A program made the translations under genes and the position numbers. A stretch of DNA of 46,822 bases from Octopus sinensis. Lineage: Eukaryota. Location: contig NW_021831657.1 of the NCBI RefSeq assembly GCF_006345805.1, forward strand, positions 1 through 46,822, read 5' to 3'. The notes beneath the pieces were generated by a model that was not told where the DNA came from, made no database searches, and saw only the letters and a program-made list of their open reading frames with translations. Below are positions 1-13,389 of the stretch, piece after piece (position 1 is the stretch's first letter; each line of letters opens with the position of its first letter).

Positions 1-7
1 ATGTGGT

Positions 8-150
8 TTTAGAGTCAGGTTTTGACTGCTATTTCAGCGTGCTGGTATCTCTTTGATGCCCTAAATTATAATTAAATGTATATATGTATATATATATATA
101 TATATAATAATGTAGAAGGTTGAAAAGGAACACACGAGTTGATATATATG
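8..150. repeat. Dispersed repeat segment, duplicated at 701-855; related copies at 1511-1540 and 22195-22275
   Basis: TTAGAGTCA..GCGTGCTGGTATCTCTTTGATGCCCTAAA..TAGAAGGTTGAAAAGGAACACACGAGTTGATAT recurs almost identically at 701-855. Confidence 0.85.
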
Positions 151-700
151 GAAAAAAAAGTCAAGATAGATAATGCTAAAATAATTTTATATAAAACATT
201 ATTGTATTTCTATGTGAATAATATATAGTCTAATGACTAATTCGTCTTTGTGCTAGGCCACTGGTAATAATGATTTATTATTACCCTATTGTTATTTATT
301 ATGTTTAAATATTCTTTGATAAATTTGTTCGAAATGTTTACCGGGATCCTCTCTGTCGCCGGGTATAATCTGCGTCTGCGCAGTGGTTTGAAAAGTTAGG
401 ATATACAGGCAGTTAGTTTTATATGAGGATCTGGCTGTGTTGTGTATTTGAAATCGAAAGGCTGTCCCACTGATGAAACTGGCCTTCAGCAAATATTTTT
501 TTGATGGAAATAGTTAGAAACCATGGTCTGGGAAATAATTGAGATGGTAAACGTTTTTGATTTTCATTCCTTTCGAAAATTTCTCCTTATTTGGTGGTTT
601 TGAGTTTTCTACTGCTCTTTCTAGCACAAGGCTTTCCTATTTGGAAGCCTCTTATTGTATTTCTATATATATGTGTTATATATATATATATATATATATA

Positions 701-855
701 TTAGAGTCAAGTTTTGACAGCTATTTTCAGCGTGCTGGTATCTCTTTGATGCCCTAAATATAATTTAATGTATATATGTATATATATTATATATATATGT
801 ATATATATATATATATATAGTAGAAGGTTGAAAAGGAACACACGAGTTGATATAT
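701..855. repeat. Second copy of the 8-150 segment
   Basis: Direct sequence match to 8-150, differing mainly in TA tract length. Confidence 0.85.
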
Positions 856-861
856 ATATAT

Positions 862-895
<34 letters not shown>

Positions 896-1016
896 TGGCT
901 GCTCGCTTAGCCAGCGGGTGGCGTCATTCGAAGGCTAAAACAATGCGAAAGCATTGTGACCAGCGATGTGTAACATCTGATGGTCTGGTCGGTCACGTGA
1001 TCACGGATATATTATA

Positions 1017-1048
<32 letters not shown>

Positions 1049-1430
1049 GCGCAGGAGGGCTGGTGTGGTAAGTAGCTTGTTTACCAACACATGGTCCTGG
1101 GTTCAGTCCCACTGCGTGGCACCTTGGGCAAGTGTCTTCTACTATAGCCTCGGGCCAACCAAAGCCTTGTGAGTGGATTTGGTAGACGGAAACTGAAATA
1201 AGCCCGTCGTATATATGTATATATATATGCGTGTCTGTGTTTGTCCCCCCAGCATTGCTTGACAACAGATGCTGGTGTGTTTATGTCCCCGTTACTTAGC
1301 GGTTCGGCAAAAGAGACCGATAGAATAAGTACTGGGCTTACAAAAGAATAAGTCCCGGGGTCGAGTTGCTCGATTAAAAAAAAGGCGGTGCTCCAGCATG
1401 GCCGCAGTCAAATGACTGAAACAAGGTAAA
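1049..1430 (+). mobile_element. tRNA-derived SINE, family S1 (internal TA tract)
   Basis: Head GGCTGGTGTGGTAAG..GGGTTCAGTCCC (A/B-box-like), CCTTGGGCAAGTGTCTT core, tail CAGCATGGCCGCAGTCAAATGACTGAAACAAG; many copies in window. Confidence 0.85.
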
Positions 1431-2140
1431 AAAAAAATAAAAAAAAAAATACATACGTATGTATGTATGTATGTATGTATGTATGTATGTATGTATGTAT
1501 GTATGTATATGTAGATGGTTGAAAAGGAGACCACTGGATATATATATATATATATATATATATAAGATATAATACACTGTAGATGCCATAAGAATTCATA
1601 AAGTTTCGAAACAACATGAAATAATTATTTTTGAACCAGTGGATCTCGAGCACATAAAGCTATAAGTATTAGCATGCAAATATTGGGCTGAAAAACCACT
1701 TCTGTCCTATCCGAACATGAATCTTATCGTGGCTCGCATTTCAATCCCGTGTCCATTAATTATATATCACTCGCAGGATGGAGTACTTTTTTCTCGATCC
1801 TACAGATACCAGAACAGTACTCTAAATATGTGTGTATTTCTTTTGACGTCAGCAATACACGCACGCACGCGCATAAGCACACACAACACACACACGCAAA
1901 TGCGCGCGCGCACGTATATTACAAATGGTAACAGCTACTAAAATGTTTCGCTCTGGTGGTTTGATCAGAGTGACTAATGAAACCAGCAGGGCGAAACTTA
2001 CAAATAACTGTCAGCTTTTATTATATAAAATATATTTATTTGCCTCAGAACTTGTTATTGAGTTGTATATCAGACAATGTTTCATCGCTGCATAACATTT
2101 ATCAATACATGTTAAATACCTATTCATTACGATATGTATG

Positions 2141-2515
2141 TGGAGGCGCAATGGCCCAGTGGTTAGGGCAGCGGACTCGCGGTCATAGGATCGCGGTTTC
2201 GATTCCCAGACCGGGCGTTGTGAGTGTTTATTGAGCGAAAACACCTAAAGCTCCACAAGACTCCGGCAGGTGATGGTGGTGATCCCTGCTGTACTCTTTC
2301 ACAACTTTTTCTTACTTCCTGTTTCTGTTGTACCTGTATTTCAAGGGGCCGGCCTTGTCACTCTCTGTGTCATGCTGAATATCCCCGAGAACTACATTAA
2401 GGGTACACGTGTCTGTGGAGTGCTCAGCCACTTACACGTTAATTTCACGAGCAGGCTGTTCCGTTGATCGGATCAACCGGAACCCTCATCGTCGTAACCG
2501 ACGGAGTGCTTCCAC
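2141..2515 (+). mobile_element. tRNA-derived SINE, family S2
   Basis: tRNA-like head GGCGCAATGGCCCAGTGGTTAGGGCAGCGGACTCGCGG..GGTTTCGATTCCC; near-identical copy at 18798-19190. Confidence 0.85.
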
Positions 2516-3049
2516 AGCGAAGAAGAATTCCTCTTTTAGACACGACTAATATTAGTTTCAACTTTTTTTTCAAAAGACCAGCAATTTCAAGGGAGGGAAT
2601 TCAGTTGATTAGATCGATCCCAGCACTCAGCTAATATTGATTTCAAATTTTGTCACAAGGCCAGCAACACAGAGCGTTCAGACGGACGAAATAACTTTCT
2701 GCTTCAGCTTCACGCCTTAATTACAAACAATATTCACAAGAAAGATGGCCGAGTTAAAGAAATGAGCAACAAGTCTCTGCATTTTAGAGAAGCATATTTT
2801 TTTCCCGACACGTTAGAATTTTCTAAGTTTTGAAACAATGGCTACATTTACTGGTTTATCATTTAATTTCGGAGAGCGCAGTTGTGTATCGTGAGAGACC
2901 TAGAGGTATTGTTAGACTTCTCTTGTTGAATAAGTTTTTGGTGTTGTTACAACATTTGTGCTGCTTGTTAGCAGACTTGATTTTCGGGATGTCCCCCCTT
3001 TTAAAGGGGCGAACCTTTTATTTTTGTTTATTTTTGAAAAATAAAATGA

Positions 3050-4735
3050 GCAACGTTAGCTCAGAAAATGCCTACCTGGGCGAACTTGCAGAATTACAGG
3101 ACGATATATTCCCGGCGTTACCGAACACCAAAGGAAAAAATAATGTACAAATGAATACTGGACTACCTGAAAAAAAAATGTAAATTTCGCAGCAGTAGCC
3201 ACAATTAATATCGAAACTGTAAACAAATATCACGGAACTGGATAAATACAAATGCCTTCTACTAAAGGAAGGGGACGATGTAGAATTCCTGGCGCGGATG
3301 AAGCTATGGTCCATTTAGACCAATCTAAAGCGTTTGATAGGCTTATAAATAAGTATCTGGCAGCGGTTCCTGCGGCGACCGGGTTTGGCCCGACCTTCCG
3401 TGGGTGAATCACTGCTTTATAAAGCAACATCGATTCGATCGTTCGGGTGAACGGTTTCTTTTCGGAACCGTTCTGTATTGAGCGTTCAGTACGTCAAGGG
3501 TGTCTTCTCGCCACTTCTGTATGTTTTGGCCTTCGAGCAATTACTGTGAAAGTTGGAGGCAATGAGAGGCATCTCGCGAGATCTAGGGTGTGGAAAATCG
3601 ATTTCGGCGTAAAGGGAAGGACGGAGGTTGCAGGTGTGTTTATCGCATCTGTAATTACTTACCGCCTGACCGTCGTGCCTTGCCCAGATTCGTGGCTGAA
3701 CAAGCTGGAACGCTTGCTCTTCGGCTTTTTGTTGAGGAGCAGGGGACCTCTTGTAAGCCGCTTTATTTGCTCCCAACAACCACTGAAGGATGGGTTGGGG
3801 ATGCCATGGCTAAAAATGCGCAGGCCTGCGCTGAGGCTGAGGCATCTTTGGCTCTACTTGGACGGTGAGCAGCTGTTGTCTCCGTTCGTCAGACTCTTGC
3901 TTCCGCGGTTCACCTCTGAACCCATTGATTAAGTGTAGACTGAAGTTGGATGCTTGTTAAGTAGAGTGCCGTTAGACACTCGTGTTCCTCTCTCAGACGG
4001 GCAACACCAGTAGCGGGGGTTCCATCTCATCGTTTTATAGAGGGATGGTAGAGTTCAAGTGTGACGACGCGCGAGGAGAAACTCTGGGCTTCGATGACGG
4101 TCAACTTTCCAGCCTGTACCGGAGAACATTCGGACCAGGACCTATAGATAATTACCAGAAGTTCCTGGCATTGCAATGTTACCGAGGAGCCTTACCTGTT
4201 CTGAATAAACTCTACAGGTATGGTCCTTCATCCTCTCCAACATGCCTAAGATGTGGGTAGAACAGTGAAACCGTTCTGCATGCAATTGTGCAGTGCTCGA
4301 AGATTTCGGATATGTGGGTTTATGTCGAGCAACTGCTGTCATGACTGGAAAGAGTAAAGGGAAGAGCAGGCTTGTTACCTTTGTGTAGTGGCTATCGCGA
4401 AGGAGGTAGTATGGAAGACGCGAGTGAAAGGGATTGCGGTGGGCATCTTCATCTCCAGTCTTGGGCTGGTTAACTTTTTCCCTTTTCCTTTTTCCCTTTT
4501 CCACCTGATTCTTGTCGCAAAGGGCATTCGAGAAAAGATGGAAGATTGTTGCGCGTATGCTGAGAGTGAATGATCTTACTTGATCATTCTCTTTTAATCC
4601 ACTCGATTTCCATATTTTTCATTTATTTGTAACATTTATGTCTAACTTCATCTTGTTAATCATTCGTTCCCCAGCCCCTTGTCTGCCTCTGTAACGTCCC
4701 CTCTTTCTGTAGACTAACTTGGTTAAATAAAAATT
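3050..4735 (+). mobile_element. Decayed L1/Tx1-clade LINE ORF2 fragment and 3' end
   Basis: RT motifs LDQSKAFDRL (~3317) and VRQGCLL (~3490); post-RT VITYRLTVVPCP..LERLLFGFL; CCHC knuckle CLRCG*NSETVLHAIVQC (~4242-4295); AATAAA near 4727; stops and frameshifts. Confidence 0.85.
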
Positions 4736-4759
4736 CGGTTTATCATATAATTTTGTTCG

Positions 4760-5005
4760 TTTTGTTTTGGGGTTTAATTTTGGTTTTTTTAAATTTTATT
4801 TTCATTTATTTAAATCCTTTTCCAATCTTGGTGTTTAATGATGTTTTTCTGTTTTTTTGTTGTTTTTTTTGTAGCTTTATTCTTTCTCTACAACTTTGTT
4901 TTATCGTTTTTGAAATTTGAATAAATTTAGCCTCGATTCAGACATATGAAGATGGAGAGCCAAATAGTAAAAAAAAAACGAAAGAATTCATCTGACGACA
5001 GAATA
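4760..5005. repeat. Unclassified dispersed repeat, related to 15225-15480
   Basis: Shared TTGAAATTTGAATAAAT..TTCAGACAT..GATGGAG.GCCAA..GAATTCA.CTGAC segments. Confidence 0.55.
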
Positions 5006-5070
5006 GGTAGCAGTCATTATTTCAAGAGGTTTGTGTGTGTGTGTGTGTGTGTATGTGTGTGTGTGTGTCA

Positions 5071-5505
5071 TAAGGCGGTGAGCTGGCAGAACCGTTAACG
5101 CGCCGGGCGAAATGCTTAGCAGTATTTCGTCTGTCGCTACGTTCTGAGTTCAAATTCCGCCGAGGTCGACTTTGCCTTTCATCCTTTCGGGGTTGATTAA
5201 GTAAATACCAGTTACGCACTGGGGTTGATATAATCGACTTGATCCGTTTGTCTGTCCTTGTTTATCCCCTCTGTGTGTAGCCCCTTGTGTGTAGTAAAGA
5301 AATAAGAATCGTTATCACACCGAGAAAAATGTTTAGCAGCATTTCGTGCATCTTCATGTCCTCAGTTCAAATTCTGCCGAGGTTGGCTTTGCCTTTCGTC
5401 TTTTCGGGATCGATAAAATGAGTACCAGTTGAGCACTGGGGTCAATGTAATTGACCTACCCCCTCTCCGGAAATTTTGGCCTTATGTCAAACTTTGAAAC
5501 CAATA
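5071..5505 (+). mobile_element. SINE family S3 (head plus two body units)
   Basis: AAGGCGGTGAGCTGGCAGAA head, GAGTTCAAATTCC B-box, GACTTTGCCTTTCATCCTTTCGGGG..AGTACCAG central domain. Confidence 0.8.
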
Positions 5506-5674
5506 TATATATATTGAACTTGGTGATGTGTTTATCATGGCGTGGAAGAACTATAGTGAAGTATTGGGAAAATCAAACGTGACTGAGTTTGTGGGGACCA
5601 TTAATTCAGAAAAAGTATATTTACATCCTTGGAAGCAGATTCATTCCAATATTTTCAAATGGTCAAAATCTATT

Positions 5675-6430
5675 CATCCATTTTTCTCTGCTCAGTATTC
5701 CTGAGAGAGTCATGGGTGAGAGTCCTAAGGCACCTTCTACATTGGAGTACATCCTTCATTAAAATTTCTGGCTGGATTCTTAAGCGTTCCCAGCTGAGAC
5801 TGTAGACATTATCCAACCATCTCGTTCTTGGTCTCCTTCTTGGTCTCCTGCCGCTTGACTTGGCTTGAAGAATCTTTCTTTGCAATTCTTTCCTGTGACA
5901 TTCTAATCACAAGTCCATATTGCCGGGGTAGAGACCTCTCAATACGAAGGAATAGTAATTCAATCTAAAGAGATGGTTTGATCGCCGAATTGGACAACCT
6001 GTTGAGTAACGATACCCCAGAGATCCTTCGGTGGAAGCCAATTTCGGCTGCTTGCATTCGAGATCGTTCTCTTTCGGTCATTACCCAACATTTATAACCA
6101 CATGCGAGGATATATATGAAAACCGAATTGAAGGCAGCAAGTTTGGCACTCTTTATCAATTCTCACCCTTCTGGGAATCGAACGTTCGAGTCGGTACATT
6201 AGTGTGCCAGCACCTACAATTCTATCCTCTACTTCAGCCTCATGCTCCTCATCACTCGTAAATACAGGCTTGAGGTGCTTAAGCGTCTCCTCTTCCTTCA
6301 GTGATGTACTATGACCAATGTCTCAGTTTTCGCAACAAGAATTCTCATTCCTGCAGTATTCTCCAGCCAAGCTGTTCAATACTTGATGGAAATCAGTTTC
6401 TGAAGAGCCAAGAAGCACCGCACCATCATG
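5675..6430 (-). mobile_element. RTE-clade LINE 3' fragment
   Basis: Translations ..ILACGYKCWVMTERERSRMQAAEIGFHRRISGVSLL.. and ..GRRPRRRPRTRWLDNV.. resemble RTE ORF C-termini. Confidence 0.8.
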
Positions 6431-6959
6431 AAATACCAGGCGACTGATTGGTGGAAGATTGAGTCCTATACAATGCGAAAAATACAAATGCATAGAAATA
6501 ATACAAGATGGTACCAAAGAATTTCTTTGATCGAATCATGAACACCCATACAAAAGGTCTAAATATTACTTTGTGCAAAACATTTTTAAAAATTCCAGCA
6601 ACACCATCAGAATAATTGCTGAATAATTTATAGTAGACATTGTCAGAAATACCTGAAGCTACAATTTTAGAACTCATTAATTCCTGCGCCTACACGAATT
6701 ACTCTATATTAAGGTAGCTAAAGGGAAGTGAAGAAAAATTTTTATACTAAAGCATTAATTATTCAAACATTTATTTCGTACTTGAGATTTCTCAACAAAA
6801 TCTCGTTTATTCTTTTTTACATGCCTGTGCGTCTGTATGCACATAGATATACACACATACACACACACACACACACACACATATTTATATATTATATATT
6901 ATTTAATTAGCAGAAGACGCAAAGTGACTCAAGGGTCGAGAGTTTCATGCATTGGCACT

Positions 6960-7345
6960 CATTGGCACAGCAGCCATTAAAACCAAGCAATTGTGTGCTG
7001 GAATATTGTCCTGGTGAAGCAAGACACCTTTCGTCTATTTTCCTGGCTGTTTGCTCTTGATAGCCTTTCGTAACGGCCTCAGCAAGATGGCATAGTACTC
7101 TCCACTGATGGTGTGACCCATTTACAGATAGTCAATAAACACAATATCTTTTGCATCCCAAAAAACTGAGGTCATCATCTTCCCTACATTTGAAACGACC
7201 CTGGCCATTCTGGAAACCAACTGCGTCAGCCTGAAACAATGCCACATTTTTCCGTGACAGGATCAGCCTGGTACGCTTTTGATCCGGTGTCAGAAGAAGT
7301 GACACCCACTGAACAGAAGAAACCTTTGTCATACTAAGCAAAATA
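6960..7345 (-). mobile_element. Mariner transposase catalytic-region fragment (pseudogenised, internally deleted)
   Basis: WVSLLLTPDQKRTR (WVPxxL motif), GKMMTSVFWDAKDIVFIDYL, VLLHQDNIPAH. Confidence 0.85.
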
Positions 7346-7448
7346 CATATAAATACTTATGCTTTGAGTTCTCTTTCTTTATTTACTTTACCAAACAAAC
7401 ACACACACGCACACACATACATACATTATATATATATATATATATGTA

Positions 7449-7760
7449 GTGAAGGCGCAATGGCCCAGTAGTTAGGGCAGAGGACTCGCGGTTGTAGGAT
7501 CGCTGTTTCGATTCCCAGACCGGGCGCTGTGAGTGTTTATTGAGCGAAAATACCTAAAGCTCCACGTGGCTCCGGCAGTGGATGGTGGCGATCCCTGCTG
7601 TACTCTTTCGCCACAACTTTCTCTCACTCTTTCTTCTGTTGTCCTGCTCGCTTAGCCAGCGGGGTGGCGTCATTTGAAGGCTAAAACATTACGAAGCTCA
7701 TTGTGACCAGCGATGTGTAGCAACATCTGATAGCCTGGTTGGTCACGGTTATCACGGGGA
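7449..7760 (+). mobile_element. S2-type SINE head with alternative tail (same tail at 895-1005)
   Basis: S2 head followed by CTCGCTTAGCCAGCGGGGTGGCGTCATT..GGTCACG tail. Confidence 0.75.
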
Positions 7761-8371
7761 TATATCTATATAAGTCATCCTTGCGCAGGCGCAAATTCAT
7801 GAAGCATTCCATATTTTTAATATATAGGCGCAGGAGTGGCTGTGTGGTAAGCAGCTTGCTTACCAACCACATGGTTCCGGGTTCAGCCTATATACATACA
7901 TACATACATACATACATAGTAATAACTGTAATCCTTGGATGGAATTTATAAATATTTTAATGCTTTGCTATGCGCGTTTCAACAAGACACATGACTCTTG
8001 AGATCATAGTCCGTATTCCTGAGATGATTACAGTGTAGTCCGTAGTATGTGTGAGTATCGGGTTGATCATGTTCATGGATTCGTTTCTTCAGGCGTTATA
8101 ACATTAATTGGTGTTTGACTGTGGGTTGTTTATCACTTCTGCCCAGTGAAAAGGTTGGTTGAGGTATGTGGGATTTCAGAAAATGAAATAAACCAGTTAA
8201 TTTTGTATATTACAGTGTGTGAGTGAAATATTAAAAATATGCAAATTTTTCAAGTCTGATATGCTAATGTTTGTTTACATTCGGTCGGAGATTTGTATCT
8301 TTGTTACAACCAACTCCTTCCTCGGATACAGATTTGAAATGATTACAAAGAGAAGAGAGCGTGCGTATGCA

Positions 8372-8705
<334 letters not shown>

Positions 8706-9138
8706 AAACTACAGAAGTACAATATGTATAAAACGAAATTAGGATTTTAATGGAGGACGAGGGGTAAGAATTAAAAATCAAATATTAATCAATCATTTAC
8801 CATTAATCAGTAATTATCAATTCATCGGTAAATAAAAAATCACCCATTAATTCTTGCTAATAAACTACGGGCGATGAGATAAAGTAAAATATTTCCGGTT
8901 TAGAGTAATTGAGTATTGTAACCAACAGACCGGAAGTTGAGATGTGAGTGAGGTGATTACTATGAATAGGGAAATAATTAGGTTATAAATGCATTGAAAG
9001 ATATGCGTGTGTATGTGTGTGTTTATATAGGGATACTTATATTTATTATATGTGTGTGTGTGTGTGTGTATGTAAATACACACACATATGTACATACATA
9101 CACGTCTGCGATTGTGCGAATATTATATATATATATAC

Positions 9139-9171
<33 letters not shown>

Positions 9172-9233
9172 GAGTGTATACATTTATATATACACACACG
9201 CACACCAAAACATGTATAAATGAATATATATAC

Positions 9234-9274
<41 letters not shown>

Positions 9275-9443
9275 TATATATCTATATGCGAATAAATACA
9301 CACAACATTCTTGCACTACAACACTCGCGCACACACAAATACATAACACAAACACTCATATGGACATGTGTGTGTACATATATATATAGAGAGAGAGAGA
9401 TAGATATTATGAGCATATATATATACACACATACACACACACA

Positions 9444-9482
<39 letters not shown>

Positions 9483-9689
9483 ATATATTATATTCATTAT
9501 TATCTAGGTCGTAACCTCATAGCGTGTATTTACAAGGCCCAATATTGCTATCGGCTACCATATGCCATCATACAGCATGGTTATTTTCTGAACTGGAGAA
9601 ACATGTCGAACTCCTTTAGGGTATAGTATTCATATAAAAATTTATACAAGAAGATGGAATAACATGCTTCAATTACAAATTACAACATA

Positions 9690-10045
9690 GGCTCAGGAGT
9701 GGCTTGCTAAACAACCACATGGTTCCGGGTTCAGTCCCACTGCGTGGCATCTTGGGCAAGTGTCTTCTGCTATAGCCCCGGGCCGACCAATGCCTTGTGA
9801 GTGGATTTGGTAGACGGAAACTGAAAGAAGCCTGTCGTATATATGTATATATATATATATATGTATGTATGTGTGTTTGTGTGTCTGTGTTTGTCCCCCT
9901 AGCATTGCTTGACAACCGATGCTGGTGTGTTTACGTCACTTAGACTGGGCTTACAAAGAATAAGTCCCGGAGTCGATTTGCTCGACTAAAGGCGGTGCTC
10001 CAGCATGGCCGCAGTCAAATGACTGAAACAAGTAAAAGAGAAAAA
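9690..10045 (+). mobile_element. SINE family S1
   Basis: Matches 1049-1430. Confidence 0.85.
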
Positions 10046-10189
10046 AGAGAGAGTATTTGTTTCTGTGCAGCTGCACATTATAATCATATATACATACAGA
10101 CATATGCCTCCCCATCTGGTAGACAAACGTTGCGTGTATCATTATGTAAAGGTTAAAATGATTTTAAGGTGTCAATGATAATCAAAAGG

Positions 10190-10575
10190 TAGCCATATTG
10201 AGATGGCTCGTATACTCTAAGTTGTCGAGCAGTTACTGTTTACATCTCGTTCAGAGATTTGTTATTGCTTGCAGACAGTTTTTCAAAATCAGTGACGGAA
10301 GTTACTAGAAAAACCCATAAGTATTTGCAAACAGGTCTTCCTTTCATCGTAAACCGGTGATTACTGTACGTTGACAAGAGGCAAATACCTCGAAACTGCA
10401 GTCCGTGCGTATCACTTAGATTTGCGAGAGAGGGATGACCTCCCTTTGCAAATACCATAAGAGCACAGAAAGTGTGCCTAAAGCCAGCTGGAGACGATGA
10501 TCTCCTGGGGCTAAAAGCTACAGTAACACCCACCCTTAGTGGTTAGCCATATTGAGATAGTTAGTATACTCTATG
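10190..10575 (+). mobile_element. Non-coding retrozyme-like unit, ~354 bp period, with ~32 bp imperfect terminal direct repeats
   Basis: TAGCCATATTGAGAT..GTATACTCTA at 10190 and 10544; central HHR; no ORF. Confidence 0.65.
10357..10415 (+). ncRNA. Type I hammerhead ribozyme, U3-A8 core variant
   Basis: Stem I GUACG/CGUGC extendable with bulges to GUGA/UCAC; core UUGACAA; stem II GAGG-CAAAUA-CCUC; GAA; palindromic stem III ACUGCAGU; GUC cleavage after 10403. Confidence 0.85.
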
Positions 10576-10728
10576 ATTTATAAGTTATTTGATAGAAAGT
10601 GCAGTAAAAACTTTTCTCCAATGATGACTCATACATTTAAAGAAATACATATTGGCAGGAAAGAAAAATTCATACACGAAGAATTGCCATCAGTTCGTAT
10701 GTGGGCCGGTTTATATGTGCATATGTGT

Positions 10729-10794
<66 letters not shown>

Positions 10795-10949
10795 GTATGT
10801 ACGGGAGTCTCGCAGAGGTGTAAGTCCATAAATAGGTTATATGTGGTGTTGGAAGGCAAAGGCGGAATCAAATATAAAATATATAGAAAAGATATATCTG
10901 TATCGATGTGTATATACACGATGGGGTGGTGAAAGGCCTGGTTGATGGT

Positions 10950-11600
10950 GCAACTTTCTGAGTTCTTTTACAAGGCTTAGAAAAAATATATCAATTACCT
11001 TCTTAGGGTGTGGTAATCAATATATTGGCCAAGCAGGAATATCATTCCGTCGAAGAACCACCCTCCACAAAGAACAAATCCACCACCCACAATACAGACA
11101 GATACAGATCAGTGAACTTATAGAAAGGTGTACTAGAAAACTTAATCCTAACTTCCTAAATTTTCCCTTCTATCAATGTTCACAGAACACCTCAGTACAG
11201 CAAAGAATGAACAAAGAGGCAACTTTCATCGATAAATTCCACCCACAACTTAACATGAACACATAACATAATGCAGAACACTACTAACCTTACCAATAAT
11301 ACCACTAACTCCCATACATCCCTTGCACCATTCTTATCACAGTATTATATCTACCCTATTTGCATCACATCCAGAACTACTTACCTCCCTTACACACAAC
11401 CTTTTACTCAGAGATTAGTAAACCCGTCACCGTTTGATAACCGGTGCACATTCAAAGCAAGTGAACAGTAATTGACGAAACCGGTATGACTTTGAATCCC
11501 TTTCAAAATAATGACTTTTATTCTTCATAATTCTACCTCAGTTCACCTAATTGTATATATTTATCGTTACTTTTCATTAAAAAAGCCTTTATTTTTATTT
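10950..11600 (+). mobile_element. Penelope-like element 3' end (GIY-YIG C-terminus plus 3' UTR)
   Basis: Open frame 11021-11266 YIGQAGISFRRRTTLHKEQIHHPQYRQ..KEATFIDKFHPQLN, preceded by a decayed CxxC. Confidence 0.85.
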
Positions 11601-11707
11601 TTATATTTATTCATATCCAATGTGCATTTTCGCTTTTTTTTCTTCTTATTTTACCCATATCTCTTCCACGTGTAGTTTCTATTTTCTTTTTGAAACATAT
11701 TTTATTA

Positions 11708-11738
<31 letters not shown>

Positions 11739-12142
11739 GCGTGTGTGTGTGTATGTGGGGGGAGTCTTTGGTGAATGTGTGTGCACAGCACATGTTTGGA
11801 TAAAACGAATGAATGGACATCATAAATTACATACGAAGGAATGTAGACAAGAAATCTTTGTAAGATAAAAATCTTATTGAATATCAAAAGATTTTTTTAC
11901 TCATGTAGTGACAATGGGTCGTTTGAAAGAAAACGGTTACAGACTATAAAGATGAAAGATAATTCTACTCCATGTTTCAGACAAAGAGAGACAACCTTAC
12001 AAGATAAAAAAGACTGGAGTTAGGTTTGACATACATTTAGAAATTTATTTGTTTTTGCTTCCATTAGTGAATTTTGTCTATTTGTTTTGTAACAAGCATT
12101 TTTATTTTTCATTCTTATCTTGGTCTACTAGAAACATTTAAG

Positions 12143-12578
12143 AGTGGCTGGGTGATAAGTAGCTCGTTTACCAACCACATGGCTCTAGGTTCGGTCCCAC
12201 TGCGTGGCACCTTGGGTAAGTTTCTTCTACTATAGCCTCGGGCCGACCAAAGCCTTGTGAGTGGATTTGGTAGACGGAAACTGAAAGAAGCCTGTCGTAT
12301 ACATACATAACATACATACATACATACATACATATATATGAGTGTTTGTTTTTGTGTGTGTATGTGTATGTATATGTTTGTGTATCTGTGTTTGTCCCCC
12401 CAACGTCGCTTGACAAAAGATGCTGGTATGCTTACGTCTCCATAACTTAGCGGTTCGGCAAAACAGACCGATAAAATAAGTACTAGGCTTACAAAGAATA
12501 AGTCCTGCGGTCGATTCGCTCGACTAAAGGCGGTGCTCCAGCATGGCCGCAGTTAAATGGCTGAAACAAGTAAAAGAA
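12143..12578 (+). mobile_element. SINE family S1
   Basis: Matches 1049-1430. Confidence 0.85.
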
Positions 12579-13003
12579 TGCCTTTTACCCTTGACCCGTT
12601 TTAGTTATTAGAGAGGGGTCATGCTGACTGTCTTGAAGAACTTTTGGTCGAATGAGTTGATACCAGTTCTTATTTTCTTAAGCCCTAGTACTTATTCTAT
12701 CGAACTCTGTTGCCGAACCGCTGTGTTACGGGAATGTAAACACCAGTTGCCAAGCCGGTGTTCGGGACACACAAACAAACAAACATACACACGCACACAC
12801 ACACACACACACATATAGACTCTTTTGGAAGACCCTCACTCAAAATGCCACGGAAAGTGGACCCATGTAATTGAGAATGAAAACTCAGCAATTTAAAGCT
12901 CGTGCACTTACAGAGAAACAAGTGTTATAATTTGTAATTAAAGCCTGTTTCAGACATGGTTCCGGATTCAGTCCCACTGCGTGATACTTTGAAAGAAGCG
13001 CGT

Positions 13004-13036
<33 letters not shown>

Positions 13037-13122
13037 AGAGTGTACAAAAAAACAAAAGACGAAGACAGGTGGTGTACAAAACAAACAGTTGTATTAGTAT
13101 AACGTTCAGGAATAGAAAAAGT

Positions 13123-13158
13123 CTTTTACGTTTCGAGCCTACGCTCTTCTACAGAAAG
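13123..13158 (-). ncRNA. Minimal type I HHR-like motif with altered core (CUGUAGA)
   Basis: CUUU / CUGUAGA-A / GAG-CGUAGG-CUC / GAA / ACGU / A / AAAG; A6 replaced by U. Confidence 0.5.
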
Positions 13159-13243
13159 GGACACAGACAAAAACAAGGAGAGAAACAAGGAGAAAAAAAT
13201 GTGTGTAGTGGTTAACGATCTATCATATATATGTATATTATGC

Positions 13244-13306
<63 letters not shown>

Positions 13307-13357
13307 TATATATATATTATATATATAATATATCATATATTTATATATACTATAAAA

Positions 13358-13389
<32 letters not shown>

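Noticed and set aside
292-492. 66 aa ORF MLKASFISG..
   Set aside because: No recognisable motif; lies between two repeat copies.
1970-2015. HHR-like CUAAUGA..GAAA-CUUACAAAU
   Set aside because: G5 is altered, stem II is half paired and there is no stem I; too decayed to call.
2141-2220. tRNA gene-like sequences (also 7449, 18798, 34560)
   Set aside because: They lack a proper acceptor stem and continue into SINE bodies, so they are SINE heads.
7945-8015. Minus-strand GAAA-CGCG with a CAAGA/UCUUG hairpin
   Set aside because: The CUGANGA strand is absent.
9580-9612. GAAA-CAUG-UC half hammerhead
   Set aside because: The core and the 5' strand of stem II appear deleted; remnant at best.
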